Origin: Candidatus Thorarchaeota archaeon | GTDB lineage: Archaea > Asgardarchaeota > Thorarchaeia > Thorarchaeales > Thorarchaeaceae | Direction of reading: 5' to 3' | NCBI GenBank assembly: GCA_011364985.1 | Contig: RDOC01000005.1 | Coordinates: forward strand, 1-64,000 | DNA length: 64,000 nt | In this document: one piece after another, positions 18,628 to 28,717 of the stretch | How the letters are laid out: each line of letters begins with the position of its first letter | Numbering within the stretch: position 1 is the stretch's first letter | Translations under genes and position numbers: made by a program | The notes under the pieces: generated by a model | What the model was told of the DNA's origin: nothing | What the model saw: only the letters and a program-made list of their open reading frames with translations | Database searches by the model: none

Positions 18628-18966
18628 ATGGGCAAGGAAAAAATACTTGGTGCATTGATATTCATCTTCGCATTGTTGGTGCTTATATACTACACATGGG
18701 CACTGGTTCTACTTGAGAATGGCTTAACCGGCCCTGGACTAGCTGCCTGGGTGGAATCGCTGGTTGGAACTGAGGGACTATGGCATGATATCTTGCTTCC
18801 CGACAGAATGTTCCTAATCATTCTGCCAATCTGGGCAGCTGCTGTGCTAATCATGGTTATTGCAATGTGGATCGGTTGGACCATGCTAACCACTCCAGCT
18901 CCAGAGCCACTTGAAGACTTTGACTTTGATGAGGAAGAAGTTTCAGAGACAAAGCCAGAGGAGTAA
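18628..18966 (+). CDS. DPM2-like two-TM protein
   Basis: LVLIYYTWALVL and LLPDRMFLIILPIWAAAVLIMVIAMWIGWTMLT resemble eukaryotic DPM2 (YYT..V.L; FLPR..A..IP...I..VMLK); GAGGT RBS. Confidence 0.7.
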   Translation: MGKEKILGALIFIFALLVLIYYTWALVLLENGLTGPGLAAWVESLVGTEGLWHDILLPDRMFLIILPIWAAAVLIMVIAMWIGWTMLTTPAPEPLEDFDFDEEEVSETKPEE

Positions 18967-19000
18967 AGGGCGAAACACCCAAATTCAAATCAACAGAGCT

Positions 19001-19023
19001 GGGCCCTACGGGCCCTTCTTCCT
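19001..19023 (+). terminator. Hairpin terminator
   Basis: GGGCCC-TAC-GGGCCC followed by TTCTTCCT, between convergent genes. Confidence 0.65.
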
Positions 19024-19078
19024 AACTTTATCACAATAGCCAATTCAAGATGAACTAGATTGCGTTATATCCTGCTCT

Positions 19079-20467
19079 TCAAACAGGAATTGGCTCCTCT
19101 CCAGATTCAAATGCCTTGTAGATGAAGTACATGCAAAGACCTAAGAAGATAATGATGATTGAGATGTTCAGCATCACTCCTGGGCCGGTGTCTTCATTCA
19201 ACACAAAATAGGGTATGTTGTTTTCAGCCCAATTCGTAAGACCAGTAAAGAAACTTGCAATCTCGACCACAACGGTCATCATAAACAGAGATAAACCTGC
19301 CAAGCCAAAATACCGGCCTCTCATCATCCAGGGATGGTCCCACCAAGATCTGGTTTCTGTGGTCGCTCTTCGTTCCAGATGATACCAGCCGAGTCCTCCT
19401 GCAAGGCAGACTGGCAGATTAAGAGAGTAGAACGCCAAATGATGAAGGGGAGTAGGAAAACCAATACTCTGTATATCGAAGAAATGATACCAGATGGAGA
19501 AGTAGAAGATTTGGAAAAGAAGAATATGGTATGATGCCTTCCCTATCATAGCAATATGCCTTGAAACTCTGCCTGTGACATCAGCAGGTAAGTACTTCAT
19601 TGCTAATAGGAAAAATAGAGCAACATATGGATACATCAAGAAAGTGTAGTCACCCCAGATAAGTCGACGAATAGTAGTTGCATCGGCAACAAGAACGCGA
19701 TAGTCGAGAAACTGGTAGGCAAAGGTGTATGCCAGACTAAGAGGGAAAGCAATCCACATGAATAGATTATGTTTGCTTTTGATATCAAAATCACTTGAGA
19801 ACCAGAGACCCAATCCAACAGCAGGCAGATAGAAGAGAATATTGAGTCTGATGGCGCTAACCATAAACGCTACCGTGGAGCTTGTGTAGGTATAGGCGAC
19901 ACCATTCCAAACCTGTGGAGCATTGAAGAATAGAAAGACGCCAAGGAGAAGCTCGCTGATGAAGCAAAGACTCACCGTGAGCTTTGGACGGATAGTATAT
20001 CCCTTGTACACCAAGGGAAAAACAAGAATAGATGTGAAGAGCACCGGGATAAACCAGTCACCCGGTCCTGAGAAAGGCGGTAGTAGAAGAAGGGAATACT
20101 CGCTGAAGTATATAGAATTGAAGTAAAGACCTAGAAGCCACAAAGCCGCATATAGAACAATGAAAGGCGCGACATATCTTATGAACTTCTTTTTGAAATA
20201 GCTCCATGAGTATAGCTCACGCAGGGTCGTGCCTCCACTCCTTCGAAATGATAGCCCCATATTGAATCCCATAACTATCAGAAAGAAGGGAATAGATATT
20301 CGTTCCCATAATGGTCCTCCAATAGCGTGTTTTAGGTCCCAAGTAAGACTATGGTCCAGAACAACCAAAGCGATGGCAAATGCCTTCAGAGCATCAATCG
20401 CGAAGTAGTTGCGACGCTCAGATGAAATATCTTCTTCAGGAGAATGTTCTAGAGAGGGTTTGAGCAT
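19079..20467 (-). CDS. Acyltransferase-3 family membrane protein
   Basis: IDALKAFAIALVVLDH, IPFFLIVMG, IGKASYHILLFQ. Confidence 0.85.
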   Translation of the reverse strand: MLKPSLEHSPEEDISSERRNYFAIDALKAFAIALVVLDHSLTWDLKHAIGGPLWERISIPFFLIVMGFNMGLSFRRSGGTTLRELYSWSYFKKKFIRYVAPFIVLYAALWLLGLYFNSIYFSEYSLLLLPPFSGPGDWFIPVLFTSILVFPLVYKGYTIRPKLTVSLCFISELLLGVFLFFNAPQVWNGVAYTYTSSTVAFMVSAIRLNILFYLPAVGLGLWFSSDFDIKSKHNLFMWIAFPLSLAYTFAYQFLDYRVLVADATTIRRLIWGDYTFLMYPYVALFFLLAMKYLPADVTGRVSRHIAMIGKASYHILLFQIFYFSIWYHFFDIQSIGFPTPLHHLAFYSLNLPVCLAGGLGWYHLERRATTETRSWWDHPWMMRGRYFGLAGLSLFMMTVVVEIASFFTGLTNWAENNIPYFVLNEDTGPGVMLNISIIIIFLGLCMYFIYKAFESGEEPIPV

Positions 20468-20515
20468 GGGATATCTAGAACATTCCTCATAAAATAAACA
20501 TCCGAACAGAGCAAA

Positions 20516-21874
20516 CTATGCCAAGTCAATGGCTTGGTGGATGAAATCCGCACCCAGCTTGACAAGACGCTTAGCCTCTGCCTGTGTCTTGCCTTCTGCA
20601 AAGCATCTCCAGAGGGGTTCTGTTCCAGAGGGTCTCATTAAGACCCAACCTTCATCAAATACTAGCTTTACGCCATCCAGAGTAATACGGTTCTGATCCT
20701 CTGTAAGCTGTAGTAGTATATCGAGAATCTTGCTCTTCTTCTCAGACGGAACTTGGACCTTTGTTTTGTTACTGAAGTAGGTCGGAAGCTCGGCAACAAG
20801 TTGGGAAAGAGTCTTTCGCTCAACAGCCATTACTTCAACAATTTGTGCTGCTGTCATTGGCCCATCACGCACGGATTGATGCGGAGGATAGAACACGCCT
20901 CCGTTTTCCTCGCCACCGAGATCTGCTCTCAGCTCCTCCAGTTTGTGAGAAACAACGACACTACCAACAACGGTCCACTCAATCTTTGCGCCCGCATCTT
21001 TCGCGACATCTTCAATAAGACGCCCGCTACTAATGGGTGTTACGAGAGTAGAGTTTAGCCTTCTCCGTAACACACGAGAAGCAATAATGGCGAAAGACTG
21101 GTCGCCCCAGAGCACTGCACCATTCTCGTCCACAAATGTTGCGCGATCAGCATCTCCGTCATGGGCAATTCCAATATCTGCATTTACTGCCTTGACTGTT
21201 TCACTTAGCTCGGAAAGGTTCTGTGCAGTTGGCTCTGGAGGCCGTCCCGGAAATGCACCGTCCAGCTGAGAATTAAGGGAAATGACCTTGCAACCAAGGT
21301 CACGCATTAGTTCAGGTGTGGCCAAAGCGCCAACGCTGTTGGCACTGTCTACAACAACTACTAGCTGAGCCTTGTGGATTTCGCCTTCATTCACATGCCG
21401 TTTGATTCCGGCAATATACTCCCGGAGGGCTGTTTCATATCTCTGGTTCTTGCCCACCTTATCCCATGTGCAAATCTTGAATTCTCTGTTGAAGTAGCAG
21501 CCTTCAATCTGCAGTTCGACTTGGCGTGAAACCTCGATTCCATTGGCACCCATGACCTTGATACCATTGAACTCTCCGGGATTGTGGGAAGCAGTGATCA
21601 TGATTCCTGCGGCAGCATTGAGTCGAGGGACCATGAACTGCAGTGTAGGAGTGGGGGCCGGTCCGATATCAATCGTATGGCATCCAGTAGACAGTATTCC
21701 AGATACAGCAGCGTTTAGGAACATCATTCCACCCCTTCGCGAGTCACGCGAAACAACAACTCGACCAGGTCCAAGGATTGTACATGCAGCCCGTGAGATA
21801 TTTAGAACCATCTCTACGGATAGGTCTTTATTGATAGTCCCGCGTACTCCATTTGTACCGAAGAGGTGTCCCAT
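20516..21874 (-). CDS. glmM: Phosphoglucosamine mutase / phosphomannomutase
   Basis: LFGTNGVRG, ITASHNP, DGDADR, GGEENGG, RPSGTEP; substrate specificity uncertain. Confidence 0.9.
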   Translation of the reverse strand: MGHLFGTNGVRGTINKDLSVEMVLNISRAACTILGPGRVVVSRDSRRGGMMFLNAAVSGILSTGCHTIDIGPAPTPTLQFMVPRLNAAAGIMITASHNPGEFNGIKVMGANGIEVSRQVELQIEGCYFNREFKICTWDKVGKNQRYETALREYIAGIKRHVNEGEIHKAQLVVVVDSANSVGALATPELMRDLGCKVISLNSQLDGAFPGRPPEPTAQNLSELSETVKAVNADIGIAHDGDADRATFVDENGAVLWGDQSFAIIASRVLRRRLNSTLVTPISSGRLIEDVAKDAGAKIEWTVVGSVVVSHKLEELRADLGGEENGGVFYPPHQSVRDGPMTAAQIVEVMAVERKTLSQLVAELPTYFSNKTKVQVPSEKKSKILDILLQLTEDQNRITLDGVKLVFDEGWVLMRPSGTEPLWRCFAEGKTQAEAKRLVKLGADFIHQAIDLA

Positions 21875-21948
21875 TGATCTTCACTCGCTGCGCGTGTGAT
21901 AGATATCGACTTAAGAGTATTGACTACCAGATTGGAATGGGTGTAGAT

Positions 21949-22521
21949 ATGCCGATCTTCGGGCAGAAAGACAAGGAATACCAGACAATTGCCAAGATGC
22001 TGGCAGAGGGATATAATCAGGATGCAATCACCCGTCTTCGCAAGTTTCGAGAAGAAAACCACAAGCACACCAACGCGATGGTAACTCTTGCTGTTGCTCT
22101 AATACAAGCACAAAAACAACCTAAGATAGACGCTCCAGAAACAATCGAAGCGTTGGCACTGCTGGACAAGGCTACTGAGATGAAACCAAAGGATCCAGTC
22201 CCACGATTCAACAAGGGAGTATGTCTTCGAAGCTTAGGAATGCTAGAGGAAGCCCTTGAATGCTTCCAGTCTGCCCTGGCCCTCCAAGAACGTTTTTCCC
22301 CTGCAATTCTACATATGGCTGAAATAAACTATGAGCTGGAAAGATGGGAGAACGCAGTGATGCTAGCGCGTCTTGCCTTAATTCGAGACCCTGCTCTCGA
22401 AGCGTCCCTGAATTGGGTGCCAACAGCAATGAGAAAGGCAGGATATCTTGACGAAGATGGAAATGTCGGCGACGTTCCTTGGAAGGACGAAAAGATAGTA
22501 GACTGGCGAAACTGGGTCTAG
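21949..22521 (+). CDS. Tetratricopeptide repeat protein
   Basis: FNKGVCLRSLGMLEEALECFQSAL and neighbouring TPR-like repeats. Confidence 0.85.
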   Translation: MPIFGQKDKEYQTIAKMLAEGYNQDAITRLRKFREENHKHTNAMVTLAVALIQAQKQPKIDAPETIEALALLDKATEMKPKDPVPRFNKGVCLRSLGMLEEALECFQSALALQERFSPAILHMAEINYELERWENAVMLARLALIRDPALEASLNWVPTAMRKAGYLDEDGNVGDVPWKDEKIVDWRNWV

Positions 22522-22622
22522 AAACGTGTAACACACTTCACAAGGTTTAAATGACATCTACCTCGACACAACATAGCTTAGTGTGGTCATTGGCCACGTT
22601 ATATACCATCTCAGGTGATTAC

Positions 22623-23033
22623 ATGTCCTCAAAGAGCGAACCCATGTATCGCGGCTACAAGCTCTCTGATTTGGTCCAGATGAACATGGATACACTGATT
22701 GAGCTGCTTCCCTCACGTAGGAGAAGGACTCTCAGGCGAGGCCTTCCACAGCGTCAGAAGAAACTCCTCATGAAACTCAGAGCGGCTCGCAAGGCCAAGA
22801 AGAAGGGAAAAGACATCATTGTCAAGACACATTGCCGCGACATGGTCATTCTTCCGGAGATGGTCGACCTCACGATCGGAGTCCACAATGGCAAGGAGTT
22901 TGTCAAGGTTAAGATACTGCCGCAGATGATTGGGGAAGTATTGGGATCGCTCTCGATACCGACTCGACAAGTCAAGCATGGCAGCCCTGGTATAGGCGCG
23001 ACAAAAAGCAGCGCTTACGTGCCTCTAAAATAG
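22623..23033 (+). CDS. rps19p: 30S ribosomal protein uS19 (S19P)
   Basis: YRGYKL...RRRRTLRRG...KTHCRDMVILPEM...HGSPGIGATKSSAYVPLK; GGTGA RBS. Confidence 0.97.
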   Translation: MSSKSEPMYRGYKLSDLVQMNMDTLIELLPSRRRRTLRRGLPQRQKKLLMKLRAARKAKKKGKDIIVKTHCRDMVILPEMVDLTIGVHNGKEFVKVKILPQMIGEVLGSLSIPTRQVKHGSPGIGATKSSAYVPLK

Positions 23034-23076
23034 TTTTAGGGATACCTAATCACTCCCTATTTGAAAATAAGGATTA

Positions 23077-23732
23077 TCAAACATTTTTCTTATTACATTC
23101 AAGAATTACTGACTTCGGCAAGAGAGACTAATGTCTTCCAAAAAAGAGATTCTGAAGGTCTATGACACCATCAAAATCCAACGAGTGAACCGTCTCAACG
23201 ACCTCGTTTCACTGTTTCATTCAGTCCTCATCACTGAACTTGATGGTCATCTTCTTGAGAAGAGAGTCCTGCTCACTCATCGTCCCTCTCTGTGACTTGA
23301 GTTTCCCCAGATTCTCCTGCCGCTAATCAGCAAGTCTTTCAAGATAGGCATAGATGCAATGGGCAATGCCGTGTTTCTCTGTCGTTCGATACCGAAATGC
23401 CTCCATTTCAGCAGATTTTTCCACAACTTCTTCATGCCACTTCTTGCACTTCTCAGTCTTTTCATATTGCCATAGAAGACCGTAACACCAAACACCTAGC
23501 CCATTCTTCCAATGAGTCATGAAGTCTTAAGCTGTGTCCTATGCACAAAGGAACTCGTCTGCCTCATTGAAGCCCTATTCTCTTAGCATCTGAATGGCCA
23601 GTTCTCTTGACAACACTCCCATGTATTTGGGATTATCTGCATCTCAGTTGGCACTTCATCATCAAAAGGCCACATTACTATGCTCTCCAAATCGCAGTAT
23701 CTGCATTTGTAAGTCCTGCGTGCTAGGTTCAT
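23077..23732 (-). pseudogene. Heavily decayed gene remnant (N-terminal CxxC)
   Basis: MNLARRTYKCRYCDLES..., frameshift, then a protein-like frame with at least 6 in-frame stops. Confidence 0.5.
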
Positions 23733-23777
23733 TAAAGTGAAATAGTGGTGGCAAACCAATCCAGATCGGCGATGTAA

Positions 23778-25385
23778 ATGAACAGCGATGAGAAGCTCGA
23801 TGACCTAGTCAAGAAATCGATCGACGAGTTCCTTAGCAGGAATCCAGCATTTGCTACGCAGCTAGGTGCACACGAATATGATGACAAACTTGACGACATG
23901 AGTCCTGAATTCCTTGAGGAAATGATACAACTACTAAAGGACACGCAGGAAGAGCTTGATAAGATAGAGAAATCGGGACACTCAGAAATCGGCTTGATTG
24001 ATCGTGAGGTGTTCAGATCAAGCATTGATCTATTTCTCTTCCAACTGGAGGAGATGGTCGACCAAGAGAAGAATCCGGATTTTGGTGGCTTTGTTGGCGG
24101 CGCCCTCTTTCCGTTATTCATGCGGGATTTTGCACCGATAGAAGAACGAATGCGGTGTATTGCATCTAGGCTTGAACAGGTGCCAAGAGCATTTGAGCAA
24201 TTCAAATCGTTAGTTACTCATCCTGTCAAGCTCTGGACCCAGTTAGCTATTCAGTCGGTACAAGGTATTCCAGGTCTTATACAACTAATAATCTCAGTGT
24301 CTGAAGCTCAGGTCAGTAAAGAGCTCCATGAGCGTTTGAAGAAGGCAGGAGCAGTAGCTACAAAGACTTTGGAAGAAACAAAGGTGTGGCTTGAGGAATT
24401 ATTGCTCACTGCACATGATGAATGGGCTCTAGGTCCGGAGAGATTCGAGCAATTGCTTCAGCTGCGAAAGATACCTCTCAAATCCAGTGAGATTCTCGAA
24501 CTTGGTGAGAGCTATCTTCGGAAATTCAAACAAGAGCTTGCGGAGCTGACGGAGATAATATCTCCCGGTTCGTCTACTGAACAGATCCGTGAGCAATTAC
24601 AGGATAACCACCCAAGTACCTTTGATGAGGTCCTTGAAACCTATAGACAGTGGGTTGCGAAAGCTCAACGGTGGGTCATTGACAACGATTTTGCCACTGT
24701 CTTGGACGGAGAATTACGAGTGGTAGAAACTCCGGGTTATCTCAAGCCGCTTATCCCTACGGCAGCTCTGATTCTTCCCAGTATATTTGATGAAACCAAG
24801 TTTGGGGAGTATATCGTCACCAATTTGGATGATGAAGAGAATTTGAGAAGACACTACATGGCTGGTATCCCACGGACATGTGTCCATGAAGCGTACCCAG
24901 GACATTTTCTTCAAAACATTGGCAAAGCGAATGCGCCATTATCTCGCCTGCTGCATTCTGAACTCACATTGGTGGAGGGATGGGCATTCTACTGCGAACA
25001 AGCAACAATAGATCTGGGATTCAATGATACTTCTGAGGCCCGTTTCTCACAGACCTTGGCCTTAATATGGAGGGCAGCTCGCATTATCATAGACATCAAA
25101 CTCTCGCGTGGAGAGATGACATTTGACGAAGCGGTCCAAATGCTAATGGCTGAAGCTGGTATGGATGAGAACCGTGCAAAAGCCGAAGTTTCGAGATATA
25201 CCATGACCCCCGGATATCCACTCTCATATCTACTTGGTAGACACCTAATAATGGAGGCGCGAAGAAACCTGGAGGAGGAGTTTGGTCCTGAGTTTAATCT
25301 CAAGCTCTTCCATGATACAATCATTAATGCTGGTTCTATACCGGTTTCCTTCATTCCTCAACTCTACAGGGCGTCGATTAAGTAG
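23778..25385 (+). CDS. DUF885 family protein (putative metallopeptidase)
   Basis: HEAYPGHFLQ, EGWAFYCE, RAARIIID, PGYPLSYLLG, LKLFHD. Confidence 0.92.
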   Translation: MNSDEKLDDLVKKSIDEFLSRNPAFATQLGAHEYDDKLDDMSPEFLEEMIQLLKDTQEELDKIEKSGHSEIGLIDREVFRSSIDLFLFQLEEMVDQEKNPDFGGFVGGALFPLFMRDFAPIEERMRCIASRLEQVPRAFEQFKSLVTHPVKLWTQLAIQSVQGIPGLIQLIISVSEAQVSKELHERLKKAGAVATKTLEETKVWLEELLLTAHDEWALGPERFEQLLQLRKIPLKSSEILELGESYLRKFKQELAELTEIISPGSSTEQIREQLQDNHPSTFDEVLETYRQWVAKAQRWVIDNDFATVLDGELRVVETPGYLKPLIPTAALILPSIFDETKFGEYIVTNLDDEENLRRHYMAGIPRTCVHEAYPGHFLQNIGKANAPLSRLLHSELTLVEGWAFYCEQATIDLGFNDTSEARFSQTLALIWRAARIIIDIKLSRGEMTFDEAVQMLMAEAGMDENRAKAEVSRYTMTPGYPLSYLLGRHLIMEARRNLEEEFGPEFNLKLFHDTIINAGSIPVSFIPQLYRASIK

Positions 25386-25458
25386 TTACCCATGAACACC
25401 TGTGGGAACCTTATTTACCAGTACGTAATTAGCAAGGCTACTAGCGGTTGAATGCTGA

Positions 25459-26421
25459 ATGAAAGTAGAAGAAATCCGATTCGAAGAAGCGGATCGACAA
25501 AGAATAGCTAAGTTGATACTTCATGCAAGGCAAGCAGCTGGATATTGGGATTCCAGCATGGAAATCAGTCGTGTTGAGGAAATTCTCTCACGTGACTTTG
25601 AGGGATTGAATGTCAAGCTGATTTCGATAGAAGAGGACGGTCAAATTAAAGGGTCGATTCTGTTGAAAGTGAATGACGATAACACGGCGGAAATCAATCC
25701 TTGGTTCCTTGGTGGTTTACCCATTGTTTCACCCAGCGCCAAGAATGGGAACGAACTTGCGTCTACATTATTGACCAAGGCGCTTCAATCGGCTATGCGT
25801 ATTGGTGTGACCAGAGTTGAGGCCCTCTTTCCTCATGATGTGCATTCCGAGCAAATCAAGACCATGTTCAAAGCTCACGATATGGAGCTGATTGAAGAGA
25901 TAGAACATCTCCGTAGCCCTCTTACCGAACTTGTAGTTTCTACACCGGATATTCCAATCGAAGGCAATGTTGTTAGACTATCCGATATTGATAGGGCGCA
26001 GCTTTTCGATTGCTGGTACAAAACCTTCACCACCGGCGAAGATCGCAGCATCCTTAGTCGTAATGAGAAGGAGAGAAGAGTATTCTTTGAGGAAGGATTC
26101 GACCTCACAAAGGAGTGGGTGGATAAGGCCTCCTTAGCCATTATTGCTGAAAAAACTCTCATTGCCTTTGCTCTGATCAGATCTACTCATGGAAGAGAGA
26201 ATGCGCATCTTTGGCAATTTGGAGTTCATCCTGAACACCGCCGCAAAGGACTAGCGAAAGGCCTTCTGAAGAGGATTTTCGAGAAGCTGATTGAGCTTGG
26301 ATTCACAACACTTAGTCTGAACGTTGATGTCAGCAATTTTCCGGCATATCACTTGTACAAAAGTCTTGGACTCAAGAGAGAATGGGGACTTGTGTGTTAT
26401 GCATGGAAGGAAAGGGAGTAG
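25459..26421 (+). CDS. Tandem GNAT N-acetyltransferase
   Basis: GVHPEHRRKGLA, N.PAYHLYKSLG. Confidence 0.88.
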   Translation: MKVEEIRFEEADRQRIAKLILHARQAAGYWDSSMEISRVEEILSRDFEGLNVKLISIEEDGQIKGSILLKVNDDNTAEINPWFLGGLPIVSPSAKNGNELASTLLTKALQSAMRIGVTRVEALFPHDVHSEQIKTMFKAHDMELIEEIEHLRSPLTELVVSTPDIPIEGNVVRLSDIDRAQLFDCWYKTFTTGEDRSILSRNEKERRVFFEEGFDLTKEWVDKASLAIIAEKTLIAFALIRSTHGRENAHLWQFGVHPEHRRKGLAKGLLKRIFEKLIELGFTTLSLNVDVSNFPAYHLYKSLGLKREWGLVCYAWKERE

Positions 26422-26451
26422 TCAGGCAGAAACAGGAAATATCGTTGAGTG

Positions 26452-26949
26452 CTACTTCGACACACTGTTCGGAATAAGAGGCCGATTGATTGGAGAGAAC
26501 AGAGGAGATACATCCTCTTCATCGTTGGCATCTACGGGGCACTTTTTGGCGGTTGGTATGACTCGGGAAGTTTCCATCCACATACGCATTTTGTCAACTT
26601 GACTTCGGAGCTGAATGATGCTATCAGCATGGCCCAAGGATAGCGCACCAGAGTTGATGTGCAACCCTTTTGCGTGAGCAGTATAGAAGAACACCTTGAA
26701 CCCTTTTGCATGCATCTTTTGCGCTTTCTCCCCCACACTCAGGACCAAATCAAGGTCGTCCTCGGTTTCGAGAGTCATATAGAAGGCAGGATGAAGCGGA
26801 TGTTCAGTGTCAGTAAATTTCACAACTCTGGTTCCAGGGAGAAAGTGTTTGTTAACGCAGGATGTACATCGCCACTCATTTCCTTCGGAGAACTCATTGT
26901 ATACTGCATGAACGTTCCTTGTTGATCCGCAAGCGCCACATCTCATCAC
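26452..26949 (-). CDS. Hypothetical protein with N-terminal zinc finger
   Basis: CGAC...CTSC; GGGTGA RBS before start. Confidence 0.75.
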   Translation of the reverse strand: MMRCGACGSTRNVHAVYNEFSEGNEWRCTSCVNKHFLPGTRVVKFTDTEHPLHPAFYMTLETEDDLDLVLSVGEKAQKMHAKGFKVFFYTAHAKGLHINSGALSLGHADSIIQLRSQVDKMRMWMETSRVIPTAKKCPVDANDEEDVSPLFSPINRPLIPNSVSK

Positions 26950-27142
26950 ATATAGTCACCCTCACAAGAGGAGTACCTCTATTTCACAGGGAAATCAGAT
27001 AGCTACAAAGAACTTGAGATGTTATGTTCTTCTCGTGATACACACAATAAGCCACCAATTCACTAGCTCATTCAAGAATGGAAAGGAGCGGCAGCCCGAT
27101 AATGGATGCTGTGCGGATTTAGTTCGCGTTTTCCACCAATAG

Positions 27143-27421
27143 CTAAAGAACCTTCATCCTCGTTCCGATTGCCGTACGATTGACGTAGAAGTCTATCTGC
27201 ATTTCTTTCATCCGTACTGGGTCCACAGCGTAAAGTGATTGGCGCATATCAAGCAGATTGGGAATCTTTAAGCAGAGCTTCTTTTCCGTAAGCCTTCGCA
27301 AGGCAGTCGATACCGTCCTTGACGGGAGGCCCATTTGCTCGCGAATCTCCAACGGTGTCATTGGTCCCTTTGCTGCCAGCTCTTGGAGTACAACCAATGC
27401 TGTTGGAGTCAATTCAGCCAT
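27143..27421 (-). CDS. Small MarR/TrmB-like wHTH regulator
   Basis: MAELTPTALVVLQEL..GPMTPLEI..MGLPSRTVSTALRRL..IPNLLDMRQSLY; the longer ORF-track start is a shadow of the opposite gene. Confidence 0.85.
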   Translation of the reverse strand: MAELTPTALVVLQELAAKGPMTPLEIREQMGLPSRTVSTALRRLTEKKLCLKIPNLLDMRQSLYAVDPVRMKEMQIDFYVNRTAIGTRMKVL

Positions 27422-27470
27422 CCTGCCAAGCTCCTTGATGCTTCTGTGTTTAATTATTCCTCCGTTCCAT

Positions 27471-27552
27471 CGGCAAATTATCGGCACTAATATTGCCGCA
27501 ACATTGCCATACATATGCGGCAAATCACTTAAGTTTATTTTGCCGTCGGCAA
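27471..27552. promoter_or_regulatory. Cluster of CGGCA/TGCCG operator half-sites between divergent regulators
   Basis: CGGCA at 27471, 27482, 27518, 27547; TTGCCG at 27493, 27540; TTGCCA at 27504; perfect TTGCCG-T-CGGCAA at 27540-27552. Confidence 0.75.
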
Positions 27553-27621
27553 TCGAGAGGCATATGTGCAGGACTTCATGGAAGAGATGCAATAGAACAT
27601 CAATAACAAGGAAGTGAGAGT

Positions 27622-28713
27622 CTGAAGAAACGATCCACACTTGATAAGACTGCCCGACGCATACTCGCTGCGATTGACAGGATGGGGGGAAGTGCATCAG
27701 CACAAGAGATAGGTGACGCTCTGAGTATTCCGGCCAGAACAGTAAGATACAGACTCTCAGTGATGATGGAAAGAGGAATGCTATTACCATCGTACTACCA
27801 GACGAGAGAGAGAAGAGTTGGACTCGGTGAGAAGATTCTGGTAGTTCAAGAGGAACCCGAAAAAGGTGATGATCTGCAGAGGTGCATAAGCAAGATACCA
27901 ATATTCTACTGGTACATTCCAACCTACGGAAAGCATGATGGATACTTGATTCATTCTGTATACGACGTGAGAGAACCTGAGAAGCTGACGAAAATTGTCG
28001 ATAAGCTGAAGAATACAGGTCTCATCCAAGATTACTATTCTTTTGATATTCTTGACACTGATTCAAAGAGAATAGACTTCTCTGAGTATGGGCCTCGTGG
28101 TAAATGGCTCTGGGATGCAGAGCTCTGGAAGAAGGAGATAGAAAAGGGCTTTCCTGAGGGAGTAAGAACGCCACATAACATGAGCTTGGAGGACGAGATC
28201 ATCGAATGCGATGCAAATGATATCAGAATTCTGAAGGAACTCAAACTCGGAGTGGAGACCTCTATGACAGCACTTGCATCAACAACGGGTATTCCAGTTT
28301 CCAGTGTCAGAGAAAAGGTACAGCGTCTGAGGAAGAAAGGTATCGTAAAAGGATATCGTCGTGCCTACGGTTTTGCTGAAGATGCGATATGGTTCTCGTG
28401 TTTCATTAAGATTCGAGAAAACATTCCTGGGGTATTGAACATGTTCTACGCACTACCGCACCCAGGTGTCATCATGATGGAGAGTGAAACCAGCTATTGC
28501 GTAAGCTTTGGATTCACAGCCTCAGAGCTCAGCGCGTTTTTAGAGGGATTCAGGCTGTTGACAAGCAATCTGGAACACTATGCCTTTCAGTTTCATTTGC
28601 CTGATATTATCGAGTCGACATATGCCAATGTCTTTGATTTCTTCAATGAAGAAAAGAACCGATGGGACATTCCTATTGATAAGTGTATGAGAATAATAGA
28701 CCAGTATTCGTAG
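27622..28713 (+). CDS. Lrp/AsnC-type regulator with two HTH domains (probable CTG start)
   Basis: LDKTARRILAAI..AQEIGDALSIPARTVRYRL and DANDIRILKEL..SVREKVQRLRKKGIV; frame open upstream of ATG 27682 to CTG 27622. Confidence 0.85.
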   Translation: MKKRSTLDKTARRILAAIDRMGGSASAQEIGDALSIPARTVRYRLSVMMERGMLLPSYYQTRERRVGLGEKILVVQEEPEKGDDLQRCISKIPIFYWYIPTYGKHDGYLIHSVYDVREPEKLTKIVDKLKNTGLIQDYYSFDILDTDSKRIDFSEYGPRGKWLWDAELWKKEIEKGFPEGVRTPHNMSLEDEIIECDANDIRILKELKLGVETSMTALASTTGIPVSSVREKVQRLRKKGIVKGYRRAYGFAEDAIWFSCFIKIRENIPGVLNMFYALPHPGVIMMESETSYCVSFGFTASELSAFLEGFRLLTSNLEHYAFQFHLPDIIESTYANVFDFFNEEKNRWDIPIDKCMRIIDQYS

Positions 28714-28717
28714 TACA

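Noticed and set aside
27422-27922. Long N-terminal extension of the 259-aa minus ORF
   Set aside because: Antisense shadow of the Lrp-like gene and operator region; the HTH begins at 27421
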